Shown here: positions 22,101 through 31,738 of the stretch, in pieces
Numbering within the stretch: position 1 is the first letter of the stretch
How the letters are laid out: every line of letters begins with the position of its first letter
IMG/VR virus record: IMGVR_UViG_3300031857_000124
Coordinates: 4,496-68,495 of that record
Length of the DNA stretch: 64,000 nucleotides
Source: a virus
Strand: one strand, 5' to 3'
Program-made: the position numbers and the translations under genes
The notes under the pieces: generated by a model
Database searches by the model: none
What the model saw: only the letters and a program-made list of their open reading frames with translations
What the model was told of the DNA's origin: nothing

Positions 22101-25100
22101 ATGATCAAGAAAACCAAACAAGGGTATCAGGTGAAGTCGGAGTCGGGCAAGAACCTGTCACAACCCAACCTATCGAAACAACAAGCGGTGAAGCGCCTGC
22201 AACAAGTGGAGTTCTTCAAACATCAGACGAAGCCGCGCAAAGGGTAAACGATATATTGAGTGATATTTATTTCAATGTTCCCGGCGGACGAAGTGGCGGA
22301 TTGTTGGATGAAGGATTTGGGAATGCCCCAGCAGCTCTCGATAGAGCGAATGCGGAAGGCGGAAATCAATATTCGGCTCATGGAATGGGGAAAACAACTA
22401 TTGGTAAAGCATTTAGTGATTTATTCAATCTTTTAACCAAAGGGATAGACCCGACTAGAGGTGGAGGAAGGCTTTACACGGCTCCGTTATCAGGGGGTCA
22501 ACAAGGGGCGGGAGCCGGAACCGGAACAGCTTCTGGAAACGCATATATGGATGGACCATTTACTCTTGTTGCAAATAGAGGTGTTGGATCGATAACCGAC
22601 GTGTCTCAAATAGGCGGAATCATCGTAAATGACGGTCTTGTAAATGCAAGGCCCGAATTGCTTGACGCTCTAAGACAGGCGTTTCCTGATATTGTATTTG
22701 AATCTACATCAAACGCTGACCTGCTTGTTAGGCAATTAAATGCAAGAAGCGAAAGTCAACAAGCCGCTCAAACAGAAGCCGCTCCTCAAGCACAAGAAGA
22801 AATAGACTCTGTAAGACAGCGGATAAATGCAATTGAAGCCGCAAGAAGAGAGGGCAGAATCCTTGAAGATGAAAAGCCTAATGAATTAAAGGAACTTAAG
22901 GCAAGGGAAAAAGAATTATTGTCCCAAGAGACCAAACCGTCTGGACAAAAATTAACCGTTGGAAGCAAAATTCAATGGGACGTATTCGGCAATGAATCAA
23001 TGAATGAATGGACTGTTGCTGAAGAAACTACAACTAGAGGCGGACAACCAGCGGTAAGGCTTACTCGGTTTATAGAACAGGGCGTTGCCGAAGGCGGCGG
23101 AATTGCGGGGTACACGCAAGAACACGTTGTACCAATCGTTGACTTGCAAGCCAAGCCAACCACCGAAAAGGCAACCGAAGGAACCAAGCCCGAACCTCAA
23201 AAGAAACAGCCACTCAGAAAACGCGTTGCATCACTGTTTGAAACATCCGAAGGGGAGAAGTCAGCAGAGAAGGTTGGTGAGTTCTTAAAGGATGCCAACA
23301 TCGATGTAGAAGTACTGGACCCAAAAGATTTTGAGGAAAAGGGTTCACAAAGAAACTTCGAGGGAGATGCTGATGGTGTATTCTTAGTTGATAACAACAC
23401 AGGCAAAATCTACCTGAACAGGGAGAAGATAAAGACCGCCGAAGGGAAGGTCATCGCGTTCCACGAGGGTATCCACCCGGTTATCAACATCATCCGCAAC
23501 ACTAATCCAAAGCAGTACCAGGCGATCGTCCAAGGATTGAAGGCAGAGGCTGCAAAAAATAGCGCTGTGGCTCAGGCCGCTGCCGATGTTGCTGCTTCTG
23601 AATACTACCAGGAGCAGGGTCCTTTGGCTATTGAAGACGAGACCGTTGTAGAAACCATGGCTCGTGTGGCTGCTGGAGATATTGACATCGACACGTTCGA
23701 GCCTACGTTCCGTGAGAAGTTCATCGACTTCATGAATAAGTTGGCTAAGATGCTTGGCCTAGGCCCTATCGCGGTAAACTCTCCACGAGTTGAGGTGAAG
23801 CGTTTGGCTGATCAGCTTAGCAAGGCGTTGAATGAGGGCGGTAAGATTAGCGATATTGTAGGGAAAAAGAATGTGGGTAAATTCCAGAACACTATTAGTG
23901 ATGGACAATATTCTATAGATGCTAGAATAGCAGATAAAGGAGTTCAAGTTCCTCGAAGTGAAAAATTGCCATTGAAAATTGTGGCAAGCAAAGAGGAAGA
24001 TGTTATGCGTAGGATAAATGAATTGTTAGACAAATATCCAAACGCATTAACTGATAAAGAGCAATGGAAAGAGTTGATGTCAAGAGTTTTCCCTATAACT
24101 GTTGATGGGGAAGTGTTTATACCAGCATTTCCAGAAGGACTCGCTAGAATGGCAGGAAGTGTGCAAGAGACTTTAAAAGAGATAAATAAAGTAAGCGACG
24201 AACAAAGAAAACTCGCTTCAGAAGGTTTGAAAAAAACCAAGGAGATTGGCGAGTTGTACAAGCAAGGAAAAATGGACGAGGTTGATACCGGTCTTTATTT
24301 CTTGTGGAATATCATGTCAATAGGTATAAGTCCATATCCTCAAGAATCTGGATTTCTTCAGGCTGTTAATGGTGGTGTAGACAAGTATATAAAACTTGCA
24401 GCTGCGGGTAAATTTAATGAAAACACTCTTAAAGAATACTTGAATTGGGTAGACGGAGTGCTTCCTAAAGGAACTCCTGGAGCCGGCTCAAAATCTAACT
24501 TAAATTCATTTGGTAAAAGTTTCTTATCAAAGGCGGCACAAGAAATTGAAAGTGGAGAATTTGAAGGGAAAACAAAACTGCAAGCTCTTCATGAAATTCT
24601 TTCTGATAGAAAAACACCAACCAACGAACTTAGAAGAAAATGGCAAGCAAATATGTCTGCCATGCAATTCAATAATAAGATTTTTGACTTTATCTTGCTT
24701 ACTACTGGTCGTAGTGATTTGTTTGTTACAGACAGAGTTAGGGTAGATCACTTCTGGGACGGAAATAACTTTAAGAAGAAGCGTGGTTTAAAGGAGTCAA
24801 CCTCTTTGTATGACGGAAGCGACTTGACGTATGGTGCAGCAGCAGGTGCTGGATTTACTAAGATATTATCAGATGTGCCTGGATTAGTGTTTAATGAATT
24901 GGCAAACAGAACTATGACGCCCATAGTTGAAAAGGCTTACAAACAGATAGGAGTAAAAGATTATCCTGAAGTAGGCAGATTTCACTGGGAAACATGGGTA
25001 GCTGCTAGTTCTCAGGAAGTTTCTCACGGATCTATTGATGCTATTGTACAAAGAAAAGAGAAAGGAGAGATACAAGATGCCGGTATTCGTCAAGGTAAAT

Positions 25101-27049
25101 ATGGCGCATGGGATTTTAATTTTGCGTACAAGAAAAGAGCGGGGAAAGATTTCGTTTATGAATTTGTAGACAATGACGGCAACACTTATGTGTTTGATAA
25201 GATTAATGATATTCAAGACGAGATAGAGAAACAAAAGAAAAAAACATACGAAACAAATAATAGATTTTTATTACCAGATGAAAAAGGAAACATATCAAGG
25301 CCAACAAAAGGCTTATCGACCGCTTGGTACGATACAGAACTCGTCGATGCAGAAAAATATTTCGAATTCCTCAGAAGCAAAGCAAAGGAAATCATTCCAG
25401 CACCTGATGTCGTTGAAGATCAAGGCGTCGTAATTGAAAAGCCGAAATCTGAAAAGATTTCTAAGGGAAAGAAACCGACTGGCCAGCCATCCAAAGGCAT
25501 CAAACGCGGATCATACATCCCCAAAACACAACCACTAGCCGGCGCTCCAACCCCTCAAGGAGCGACCGGACCTATAGAAGAGCTTGTTAATGTGGCTGAG
25601 AGTTATGCTAAAAAGTTTAACATCCCTTACACCCGCCAGGCGGAATATGTTCCGATAGACGAAGATTTTTCAAAAGAACTTGCTGATGCCTACGAGGCGA
25701 TGAAGCACGACCCAAGCAACCCAAAGGTTAAAGAGAGTTATGAGGATTTGATTCGTCAAACAAAGGATCAGTACGATGCCCTTGTGGATGCTGGATATGA
25801 GTTTACATTTTTTGACAGCAAAACCGATCCGTACAAGGGTAATCCGGTAGACGCAATGCGTGACCTGAGGGCCAATAAGAAAATGGCTGTTTATGGAACG
25901 TATGATGGATACGGAACTGGAAGTGAGTTAAATATTGGTCTTAAAGATCCAGCAGGAGGGCCAGACTTAAAGGTGAGTGACGTATTAAAGGCTGTTAAGG
26001 ATGCTGGAGGAGAGGTTGTAAACAGCTCTGTTTACGAATCAAATACAGAGCCTACCTTAGTTGTTAAACTTAAAACAAAACTTGACGATAAGTCGGCAGA
26101 CAAATTATCAAGCGATCTTGGTCAGGAGTCTATTGCCCAAAGGTTTGATGACGAAACAGGAAAACTTTATGGCCCTCAGGCCGAAAAGTGGGGTGACTTC
26201 AATCCTGAGTTTTTTGTAACACTGGACGGAAGAAGGGCTTCCGACACCTCAAATCCTATGCTTGCTGATACTGGACTTCAATGGCCTGATCAAAACGGGG
26301 TGATGCACAAGGTTACGGCTAATGACTTGTTCCGCGCAGTACACGACGCGTTTGGTCATGGATTAGAAGGGGCTGGGTTTAGAGCGAGGGGGGAGGAGAA
26401 TGCATGGCAAGGTCATGTGCGTTTGTTTGTTGGTCCGGCCGTTGGAGCCATAACCACCGAAACTCGCGGTCAGAATAGTTGGTTGAACTACGGTCCTTAT
26501 GGAGAAAAGAACAGGAAGGCCAAATTAGAGGACACTGTTTTTGCAGAACAGAAAACAGGGCTGATGCCTGAGTGGACGTGGACAGAAAATGTGGCTCCCG
26601 CTATGGATGAAGCTCCGCCAGAAACTGGCAAGCCAACCGCCCAACAATCCACCAAGATCCCCCGCACCCAGGCACAGGTTCGTGAGGCCGCTGAAAACGC
26701 AATAGACGCGGTAGAAGAAGCGATTGCTGACGGCATGAGTCCACAGCAGGCCATTGATGAAAACATCTCAAACCAGGAATGGTACGGTGATTTGAGTGCT
26801 GCCCAGAAGGAACAGCTGAATGAAATACTTCAAGACGAGTTCGGGGCCACTGCAAGTGAACCTAAACTACAGAACAACGCCCAGCGCGTAGCTGACCTGT
26901 GGGAGAAGGGTGGAAAAGAAGCCAAGGCAGAGATCAAGAACATTTTGGAGACTGACCCTGAACTTTCGTACATTTACAACAATTTCCCGAAGATAACTAA
27001 GCAGTTAGAAGAGCAGGGATTGTTGACTAAAACAGAGAATTGTCCATGA
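19130..27049 (+). CDS. Giant multidomain (polyvalent-type) ejection/cargo protein
   Basis: 2639 aa with a G/A-rich hydrophobic segment, zincin-like FHEGIH motif, several globular modules and low-complexity linkers. Confidence 0.7.
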   Translation: MAIPVSKKYYEYLKSKNLDVPPTYESFQKTLSNQESARKYFSYLQSKKSQGIDVPESFESFYKTLSLKGAQPEDGAASGQESNAPQGQQPQPSAPSFGQGIVDRMKQSQIQVPLKTDLQKKQEIKRPFEDITYKKEELPSETTQALVPEQTSFEISQANKAQSQIRQGKLPSNPKYVNEQVVQEVEDIRKEKGMPTLEESARRTMRRAELSDAISPFEDELKDYMAYSGDDTLTDDDYTIASNKDIADLYQESEDQPVSTIFLETTEEGKKNREKKDLVFKNVMDSYWRYMSKKYPDGYSSNKQRYDEIKKRISDKEGVSKGDEQFVLSIEDRAKGLFNAKRAEQAMAIENRIVENSNLVGSVDIQKYQEQTGDIFKQAEVLNTQLQKGEIAREFYDSQMESLKQKEKSISTRLGITEDVKKRVNQLQQDYNIYGKVLMGMSASGQAFADEFEKYSGIKEEFEQKKRNEEIAKKFWSTDFGVIEAPMKTWGAAYEFMRSAGAAGMSMAISSAASLVRMGAQVGPAKFLTSDDKYDISDRLFDKIMGLNANLIAESFEPETNSVVQKLSSMAGSGFGSMAMFMMGGEAAAAAKAPAWLGTFIPGFLSAEADYYNELIQTGKYSSSEASVVSSALAIPQATIELAVPDNLFKTQARASIRQAIRGNGPLGKAVFESLGAYTRDAFIKEGLLEEGGAYILDNISKRAANAIGQSKYFDTQFNNEEFVNSVLGGAIVKGGVDFIKGPQKKSQTRESVEYEIAERGQKIIDSHTSESTVGQLKETLKKPMETLESLRVHPNWDSLDDTKKAHVFSISQDIKTLEDSDVQDPVTEAQIQRLKSEREQILNLGTNGIDARTVGVSTAPQRVMVDGQQANFFINEDGDYELEYNNGKSVVIEKGEGAAEKIRSMGIKTDTGDVGEMVKENQNTLITPSLEKGATVDYNGKNAVVNSYKEKGGKVVYLNITTEDGKNLQIRDGAQGPGQQLLNNLNNLPYDQENQTRVSGEVGVGQEPVTTQPIETTSGEAPATSGVLQTSDEAAQRVNDILSDIYFNVPGGRSGGLLDEGFGNAPAALDRANAEGGNQYSAHGMGKTTIGKAFSDLFNLLTKGIDPTRGGGRLYTAPLSGGQQGAGAGTGTASGNAYMDGPFTLVANRGVGSITDVSQIGGIIVNDGLVNARPELLDALRQAFPDIVFESTSNADLLVRQLNARSESQQAAQTEAAPQAQEEIDSVRQRINAIEAARREGRILEDEKPNELKELKAREKELLSQETKPSGQKLTVGSKIQWDVFGNESMNEWTVAEETTTRGGQPAVRLTRFIEQGVAEGGGIAGYTQEHVVPIVDLQAKPTTEKATEGTKPEPQKKQPLRKRVASLFETSEGEKSAEKVGEFLKDANIDVEVLDPKDFEEKGSQRNFEGDADGVFLVDNNTGKIYLNREKIKTAEGKVIAFHEGIHPVINIIRNTNPKQYQAIVQGLKAEAAKNSAVAQAAADVAASEYYQEQGPLAIEDETVVETMARVAAGDIDIDTFEPTFREKFIDFMNKLAKMLGLGPIAVNSPRVEVKRLADQLSKALNEGGKISDIVGKKNVGKFQNTISDGQYSIDARIADKGVQVPRSEKLPLKIVASKEEDVMRRINELLDKYPNALTDKEQWKELMSRVFPITVDGEVFIPAFPEGLARMAGSVQETLKEINKVSDEQRKLASEGLKKTKEIGELYKQGKMDEVDTGLYFLWNIMSIGISPYPQESGFLQAVNGGVDKYIKLAAAGKFNENTLKEYLNWVDGVLPKGTPGAGSKSNLNSFGKSFLSKAAQEIESGEFEGKTKLQALHEILSDRKTPTNELRRKWQANMSAMQFNNKIFDFILLTTGRSDLFVTDRVRVDHFWDGNNFKKKRGLKESTSLYDGSDLTYGAAAGAGFTKILSDVPGLVFNELANRTMTPIVEKAYKQIGVKDYPEVGRFHWETWVAASSQEVSHGSIDAIVQRKEKGEIQDAGIRQGKYGAWDFNFAYKKRAGKDFVYEFVDNDGNTYVFDKINDIQDEIEKQKKKTYETNNRFLLPDEKGNISRPTKGLSTAWYDTELVDAEKYFEFLRSKAKEIIPAPDVVEDQGVVIEKPKSEKISKGKKPTGQPSKGIKRGSYIPKTQPLAGAPTPQGATGPIEELVNVAESYAKKFNIPYTRQAEYVPIDEDFSKELADAYEAMKHDPSNPKVKESYEDLIRQTKDQYDALVDAGYEFTFFDSKTDPYKGNPVDAMRDLRANKKMAVYGTYDGYGTGSELNIGLKDPAGGPDLKVSDVLKAVKDAGGEVVNSSVYESNTEPTLVVKLKTKLDDKSADKLSSDLGQESIAQRFDDETGKLYGPQAEKWGDFNPEFFVTLDGRRASDTSNPMLADTGLQWPDQNGVMHKVTANDLFRAVHDAFGHGLEGAGFRARGEENAWQGHVRLFVGPAVGAITTETRGQNSWLNYGPYGEKNRKAKLEDTVFAEQKTGLMPEWTWTENVAPAMDEAPPETGKPTAQQSTKIPRTQAQVREAAENAIDAVEEAIADGMSPQQAIDENISNQEWYGDLSAAQKEQLNEILQDEFGATASEPKLQNNAQRVADLWEKGGKEAKAEIKNILETDPELSYIYNNFPKITKQLEEQGLLTKTENCP

Positions 27050-27552
27050 TGACACCTAATAAACTCGATAAGAAAGCCGTTGACCTACTCATCCCGCGAA
27101 TGAAGGATGAGTACAACGCATTTTACTTCTACCGTGCCGCCAGTAACTGGTGTCAGGGTGTTGGATTCTTCCAAGCCGCCAAGTTCTTTGCTGCCGAGTC
27201 GCAGGATGAGCTTGAACACGCAAAGAAGATTGAGGATTATATCACCGACTGGAATGTAATCCCAGAACTACCCACCGTGGCTCGTCCACAGCTTGAGTTC
27301 TCCAGCATCGTAGAGGTTTTGGAAGAGGCTTACAAGATCGAGTACGACTTGTACGAGGCTTACGAGGAGACTTCGAAGAAACTTTTCGAGATTGACCTGT
27401 GCGTGTTTGACTTTTTACAACCACTGCGGTTGATACAGAACAAGTCTGTTGCTGAGTACAGCGACAAACTAAACCTGCTCGAAGGAGTAGAGGGTACTGA
27501 CAAGTTCAAAGCACTGTTATTGGAAGAAAAGTTATTCCCCGTAAATGGCTAA
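27046..27552 (+). CDS. ftn: Ferritin-like protein
   Basis: DEYNAFYFY, GFFQAAKFF..ESQDELEHAKK, AYKIE and LIQ match non-haem ferritin ferroxidase motifs. Confidence 0.85.
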   Translation: MMTPNKLDKKAVDLLIPRMKDEYNAFYFYRAASNWCQGVGFFQAAKFFAAESQDELEHAKKIEDYITDWNVIPELPTVARPQLEFSSIVEVLEEAYKIEYDLYEAYEETSKKLFEIDLCVFDFLQPLRLIQNKSVAEYSDKLNLLEGVEGTDKFKALLLEEKLFPVNG

Positions 27553-30500
27553 TCCCTGTAAAATAACCTTTAAGAAGACCAAGGACGGAAAGGCGAAGGA
27601 GTACACCTACGCTGAGTTCATGACTGCCCTGCAAGATGGATTGTTCCAAGAGCTTGTGGATGGCGGACTTTTGAATGCGAATAAGATTCCAGGAGAAAAT
27701 CCGTTTGCGGCAGCTGCTCCAAAGGAACAGAAGGGTCCGTCGGTAAAGGAAAGGAAGACCATAACCACAATCAAGAATAATCCGGACATCTCTGACAAGG
27801 TAAAGAATGCGTTTTCATCTGATCGCATCAACTACAATCAGTTGCCTAACGATGTTTCTGTAGCAGAGGCCAACGCGATTATCGAATCACTTGGTATGGA
27901 AGAGGCAGATAAATTGGCCAAGACTGGAAACAAGGATATGCCATCCGCGTTTAGAATTACCCTCGCTCAGATATTGATTAAGAAATACAACCAGGCGGGG
28001 GAATACGGAAAGGCTGTAGATGTTGCTCAAGACATCGCTGAACTTGCTACCGATTACGGTCAGGCGATTCAGGCTCTTTCTCTGTTCGCAAGACTTACTC
28101 CAGAAGGGGCATTGCTTGCAGCTACCCGCATGGTAAAGAAGAATAAGGACAGGGCGGTAAGCAAACATAAATCGAAGGCGACAGAGGTTAAAAACACGAT
28201 CAACAAGATTAACAAGGAGACCGCTAAACAAGTGGCTCAAGTGGCTCAAGCCGAGATGGAAAGGACCACAGCTAGTGTTAAGATGGTTGATCGTCCCAAG
28301 ACTTATGGTAAAAAGAACAAACTAGTAACCTTAGAAAGATACGAGAAGGCTCGTGCCGCCCTAAAGGGTAAGATGTTCAGTGCGGTTGTTCCCCCTCCCG
28401 AACTCATTGAAATCGCTATGTTTCATATTGAGGCTGGGGCAAGGAATTTTGCCGACTTTGTGAAGCGAATGAAGGAGGATTTTGGAGAAAGGGCTAATGA
28501 TTATTTACAGCCGGCTTATGATGAGGCGGTTTCAAGGCTTGATGCTTCTGAAAAGCAAAAGGCGATTACGTCTTCGGTGAATAAGTTTGGGAGATTGATC
28601 TCCGAGCAGTTGCCCCGTCAAGCAGATCGCAGGAGTAAGGTTGAAAAACTTCAAGAACTTGCCGATCAAATTGATGCGGAAACGGGGAACGATGCGTTCA
28701 ACCAGATTCTTAATGATTACAAGGCCATCCTAGCCCAAGAGCAGGCGGATAACGATGCTGTAAAGGCTCAGAAGAAACTAGACAAACTCGTTGCCTTCAT
28801 GGGGACTGAGGCTGGAATCAGAAAGGGACTCAAGGAAATGAATGTGAGAATAGGTGACTTGATTAAGCAGCACTATTCTGAGGTTGATGCGACAAAGGAA
28901 GACCTTATCAACAAACTCGTAAATGAGGCTGGATTGACTGGTGTTGAGGCCGATAACTTAGCTAACAAAATTCAGTCTGAGTTTGAGACCCTTGTTGCAG
29001 ATAAAAAGAGAAAGGCCATCGAGAGATTAATGCCGAAAGGTCCACGCACAACTGCTCGTAAGGAGGCATTTGAAAAACTCGTAGAGGCATCCAACATTGG
29101 GGCCGTAGACGAGGCGATGGTTAATGACGCAATAGCTGAGGCTCTTGGGGTTCCGTCAAGCCTAACGCCTGAACAGGCGGCTAAGATTACTGAACTGGCC
29201 AACGCGGTTCAAGAGGCAAAGACTGAGCGTGAAGAGCTACGTGCAATACAGAATTTACTATCTTATCAGCAGAACATTAATGGCATTTCTTGGTTTGAAG
29301 TAACTCAAGCCGTGTGGATGGCCAATATGTTGTCTGGATGGAAGACACAGACCATCAACATGATAGCCAACCTTTACAACACTGGAGCCCTGTTTGCTAA
29401 TGCCGCCCTTCAGCGCAGCACAAGCAGAAGGTTATTAGTAAAGGGTTTGGCAGTTGGATGGAAACGCGGATTTTTTGAGGGTCTTGACAGCCTAAAAACG
29501 GGATACAGCCCGATTCGAGATAAGTCAGAAATCCCAAACATACTTGAGCGCGTAACATTTAAGGGCGGAAAGTTTAATCCAGTTAACTACGCCAAGTATG
29601 TTCGACGTCTTATGACGGCTGTTGATGTTTTATCCTTTGAGGGATTACGCCAGATGCGTTCATTCCAGATGGCGTACAAGAAGGCGGCTGCTGAAAACGA
29701 AGGATTTTCCAGCAAAGAATTAAGAGACAAAGCTCTTGAGATATTAAACAGGAAAGATGAGACATTGAATGCCGCAATTGATCAGGCAAAAGATGAAAGG
29801 GCAGTAAAAGAGGCGTTGCTCAAGGATGATTTTGAGGATGGAAAAATTACTAAGGAAGAGTTCATGAAGCAGATGGACTTTGCTAAAACTGACGAACGAT
29901 TCCGAATCCACGAATTGATTGAAGAAAAACGTGATAGTGATATAATGATTGAGGCAAAGGATTACGCTGCTCGCGGTACGTTCAATCACCCGCCAAACGG
30001 ATTGCTTGGTCTTCTTTCTCAATACATGAACTCCGCGAAGAGGGAATGGCCAGCGTTGAATTTTGTAGTGCCATTCGTAAACGTAATCTCTAACGTAGCC
30101 AACGAAACGCTTAACTACACCCCTGTAGGTTTTGCTCGTGCAAGAAAGGAAGGTGGGACATTGACTGGACTCAAACCTATTCAGGATTGGGACGCTCAGA
30201 AGAGAACTGATCTGATGATAAAGGCGACTATGGGAACAGGCCTTATGGCTTTGACCTACCTGTTGACTAAGTTAGACGATGATGACGAAGAACCAGTTCT
30301 TGAAATTACGACTAATGGGTTCAATGACTTTGCTAAGAATAAAGAACTTATGGAGACCGGATGGCAACCATACTCTGTGAGGGTGAAGAATCCTGTTACC
30401 GGAGAGTATTCGCCTTGGTTCTCTTACAAGACAAGCCCATTCATGCTTGGTCTTTCGTTCATTGGATCGCTTGGAGATGCTGAAAAGTATTTAGGGGAAG

Positions 30501-31249
30501 ACATCTCTGCTGATGGATACAAGAAGATGTCTGTAGCGGCCACGGGGCTTACAAGGTCTTTCCTTGATCAAACATTCCTTTCATCTGGAGAAGACTTCTT
30601 ATCAAGTGTGCTTGACTCAAGGGATAAGGACTTAGTTGACAATGTTCGTGATGCGGTTATTAAGACAGGAACTACTATTGTTGTTCCGGCCATCTACACT
30701 CAGACCGCTCAAAAGATTTCAGATATCATGGAAATCCCACAAAAAGAAATCCGTGATACGTACTTTGGTAGGGTGTTCAGGGACATCCCTGTTGCTCGGG
30801 ATAGGTACAATAATGTGATTAACGCCCTAGGAGATGAAGTTCCCTACGACTCTGACTTGCTAATTAGCTCTGACAAGGGTAAGCCAGAAGATAGGCTTTG
30901 GAACCTTGTTATTTCTAAAAAACAAACTATTGGCACACCTAAAGCGCCAGAAACGTATTTGGATAAGGATAATAACGAAGTTCAGTTAACCGAAGAGCAG
31001 ACGTACAGTTTCATGAAAATCAGGGGTTCGTACATTAAAAAAGCGCTAGAAGAGAACTACGACGCCCTTAGCAAGTTAAGCAATGCCGATTTCTCCAAGT
31101 ACTTAACAGGTTTAAAATCACAGGCTACAAGCATTGCTAAGTCTTCCTTCACCACAGAGCAAAAAGCGTTAGACAAGAAGATTGCTCGAGATCTAAAAGA
31201 ACAAAAGTGGAAAATTGAAGATATACTAGAAAAAAACGAATCTGAATAA
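27545..31249 (+). CDS. Large ejection/internal virion protein
   Basis: 1234 aa helical protein with ANMLSG..T, VVPFV and GWQPYSV motifs seen in large podovirus internal proteins. Confidence 0.65.
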   Translation: MANPCKITFKKTKDGKAKEYTYAEFMTALQDGLFQELVDGGLLNANKIPGENPFAAAAPKEQKGPSVKERKTITTIKNNPDISDKVKNAFSSDRINYNQLPNDVSVAEANAIIESLGMEEADKLAKTGNKDMPSAFRITLAQILIKKYNQAGEYGKAVDVAQDIAELATDYGQAIQALSLFARLTPEGALLAATRMVKKNKDRAVSKHKSKATEVKNTINKINKETAKQVAQVAQAEMERTTASVKMVDRPKTYGKKNKLVTLERYEKARAALKGKMFSAVVPPPELIEIAMFHIEAGARNFADFVKRMKEDFGERANDYLQPAYDEAVSRLDASEKQKAITSSVNKFGRLISEQLPRQADRRSKVEKLQELADQIDAETGNDAFNQILNDYKAILAQEQADNDAVKAQKKLDKLVAFMGTEAGIRKGLKEMNVRIGDLIKQHYSEVDATKEDLINKLVNEAGLTGVEADNLANKIQSEFETLVADKKRKAIERLMPKGPRTTARKEAFEKLVEASNIGAVDEAMVNDAIAEALGVPSSLTPEQAAKITELANAVQEAKTEREELRAIQNLLSYQQNINGISWFEVTQAVWMANMLSGWKTQTINMIANLYNTGALFANAALQRSTSRRLLVKGLAVGWKRGFFEGLDSLKTGYSPIRDKSEIPNILERVTFKGGKFNPVNYAKYVRRLMTAVDVLSFEGLRQMRSFQMAYKKAAAENEGFSSKELRDKALEILNRKDETLNAAIDQAKDERAVKEALLKDDFEDGKITKEEFMKQMDFAKTDERFRIHELIEEKRDSDIMIEAKDYAARGTFNHPPNGLLGLLSQYMNSAKREWPALNFVVPFVNVISNVANETLNYTPVGFARARKEGGTLTGLKPIQDWDAQKRTDLMIKATMGTGLMALTYLLTKLDDDDEEPVLEITTNGFNDFAKNKELMETGWQPYSVRVKNPVTGEYSPWFSYKTSPFMLGLSFIGSLGDAEKYLGEDISADGYKKMSVAATGLTRSFLDQTFLSSGEDFLSSVLDSRDKDLVDNVRDAVIKTGTTIVVPAIYTQTAQKISDIMEIPQKEIRDTYFGRVFRDIPVARDRYNNVINALGDEVPYDSDLLISSDKGKPEDRLWNLVISKKQTIGTPKAPETYLDKDNNEVQLTEEQTYSFMKIRGSYIKKALEENYDALSKLSNADFSKYLTGLKSQATSIAKSSFTTEQKALDKKIARDLKEQKWKIEDILEKNESE

Positions 31250-31275
31250 CTTTATCATCGTATATTTGCACCGCA

Positions 31276-31470
31276 ATGATAGTAGAGCACACTCAATCGT
31301 CTAACCCAATAGATTCAATCATCGCCATAGTCCTTACGGCATTTGCTGCCGTTGTGTCCTGGCAAGAACAGGCCGAGTGGGCGTTCCGTATTCTGTCATT
31401 AATGTTGGCATCTACAGTCTCTGTTGTTGTGCTTTTCGGCCACTACAAGAAGACAAAGAAGAAGAGGTAG
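31276..31470 (+). CDS. Small membrane protein, holin-like
   Basis: Two hydrophobic segments and a basic C-terminus. TATATTTG promoter element at 31261. Confidence 0.5.
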   Translation: MIVEHTQSSNPIDSIIAIVLTAFAAVVSWQEQAEWAFRILSLMLASTVSVVVLFGHYKKTKKKR

Positions 31471-31496
31471 TCTGTCTCCCAGCTATAAATAACAAA

Positions 31497-31520
31497 GGGG
31501 GGCAGCGTTTACTGTCCCCC
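31497..31520. terminator. Terminator hairpin
   Basis: GGGGGGCAG-CGTTTA-CTGTCCCCC, with the T-tract on the minus strand. Confidence 0.6.
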
Positions 31521-31738
31521 TCAAATGGTTTTGCCTCCCGGCATTTGCGCTAAACCGCGACAAATCTAATACAAAAAAGCTAAAAATCCTAATTAGCATT
31601 TATTTTAACAAAATAAATTTGACTAAGCATTAAATTGTGACTAATTTAGCCGCATTGGAATAAAGTTCAATGTCAATGTTTTGGTAGGTGATCAACTCCT
31701 GGGCAACGGCTCGGGAGTTGTTTTTTAAATGAACAATT

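Noticed and set aside
23678-23692. DIDID in the giant protein as a crAss-type RNA polymerase DxDxD motif
   Set aside because: It lies in the helical tail right after the HExxH...EDETVVE zincin module, and I saw no other RNA polymerase motifs
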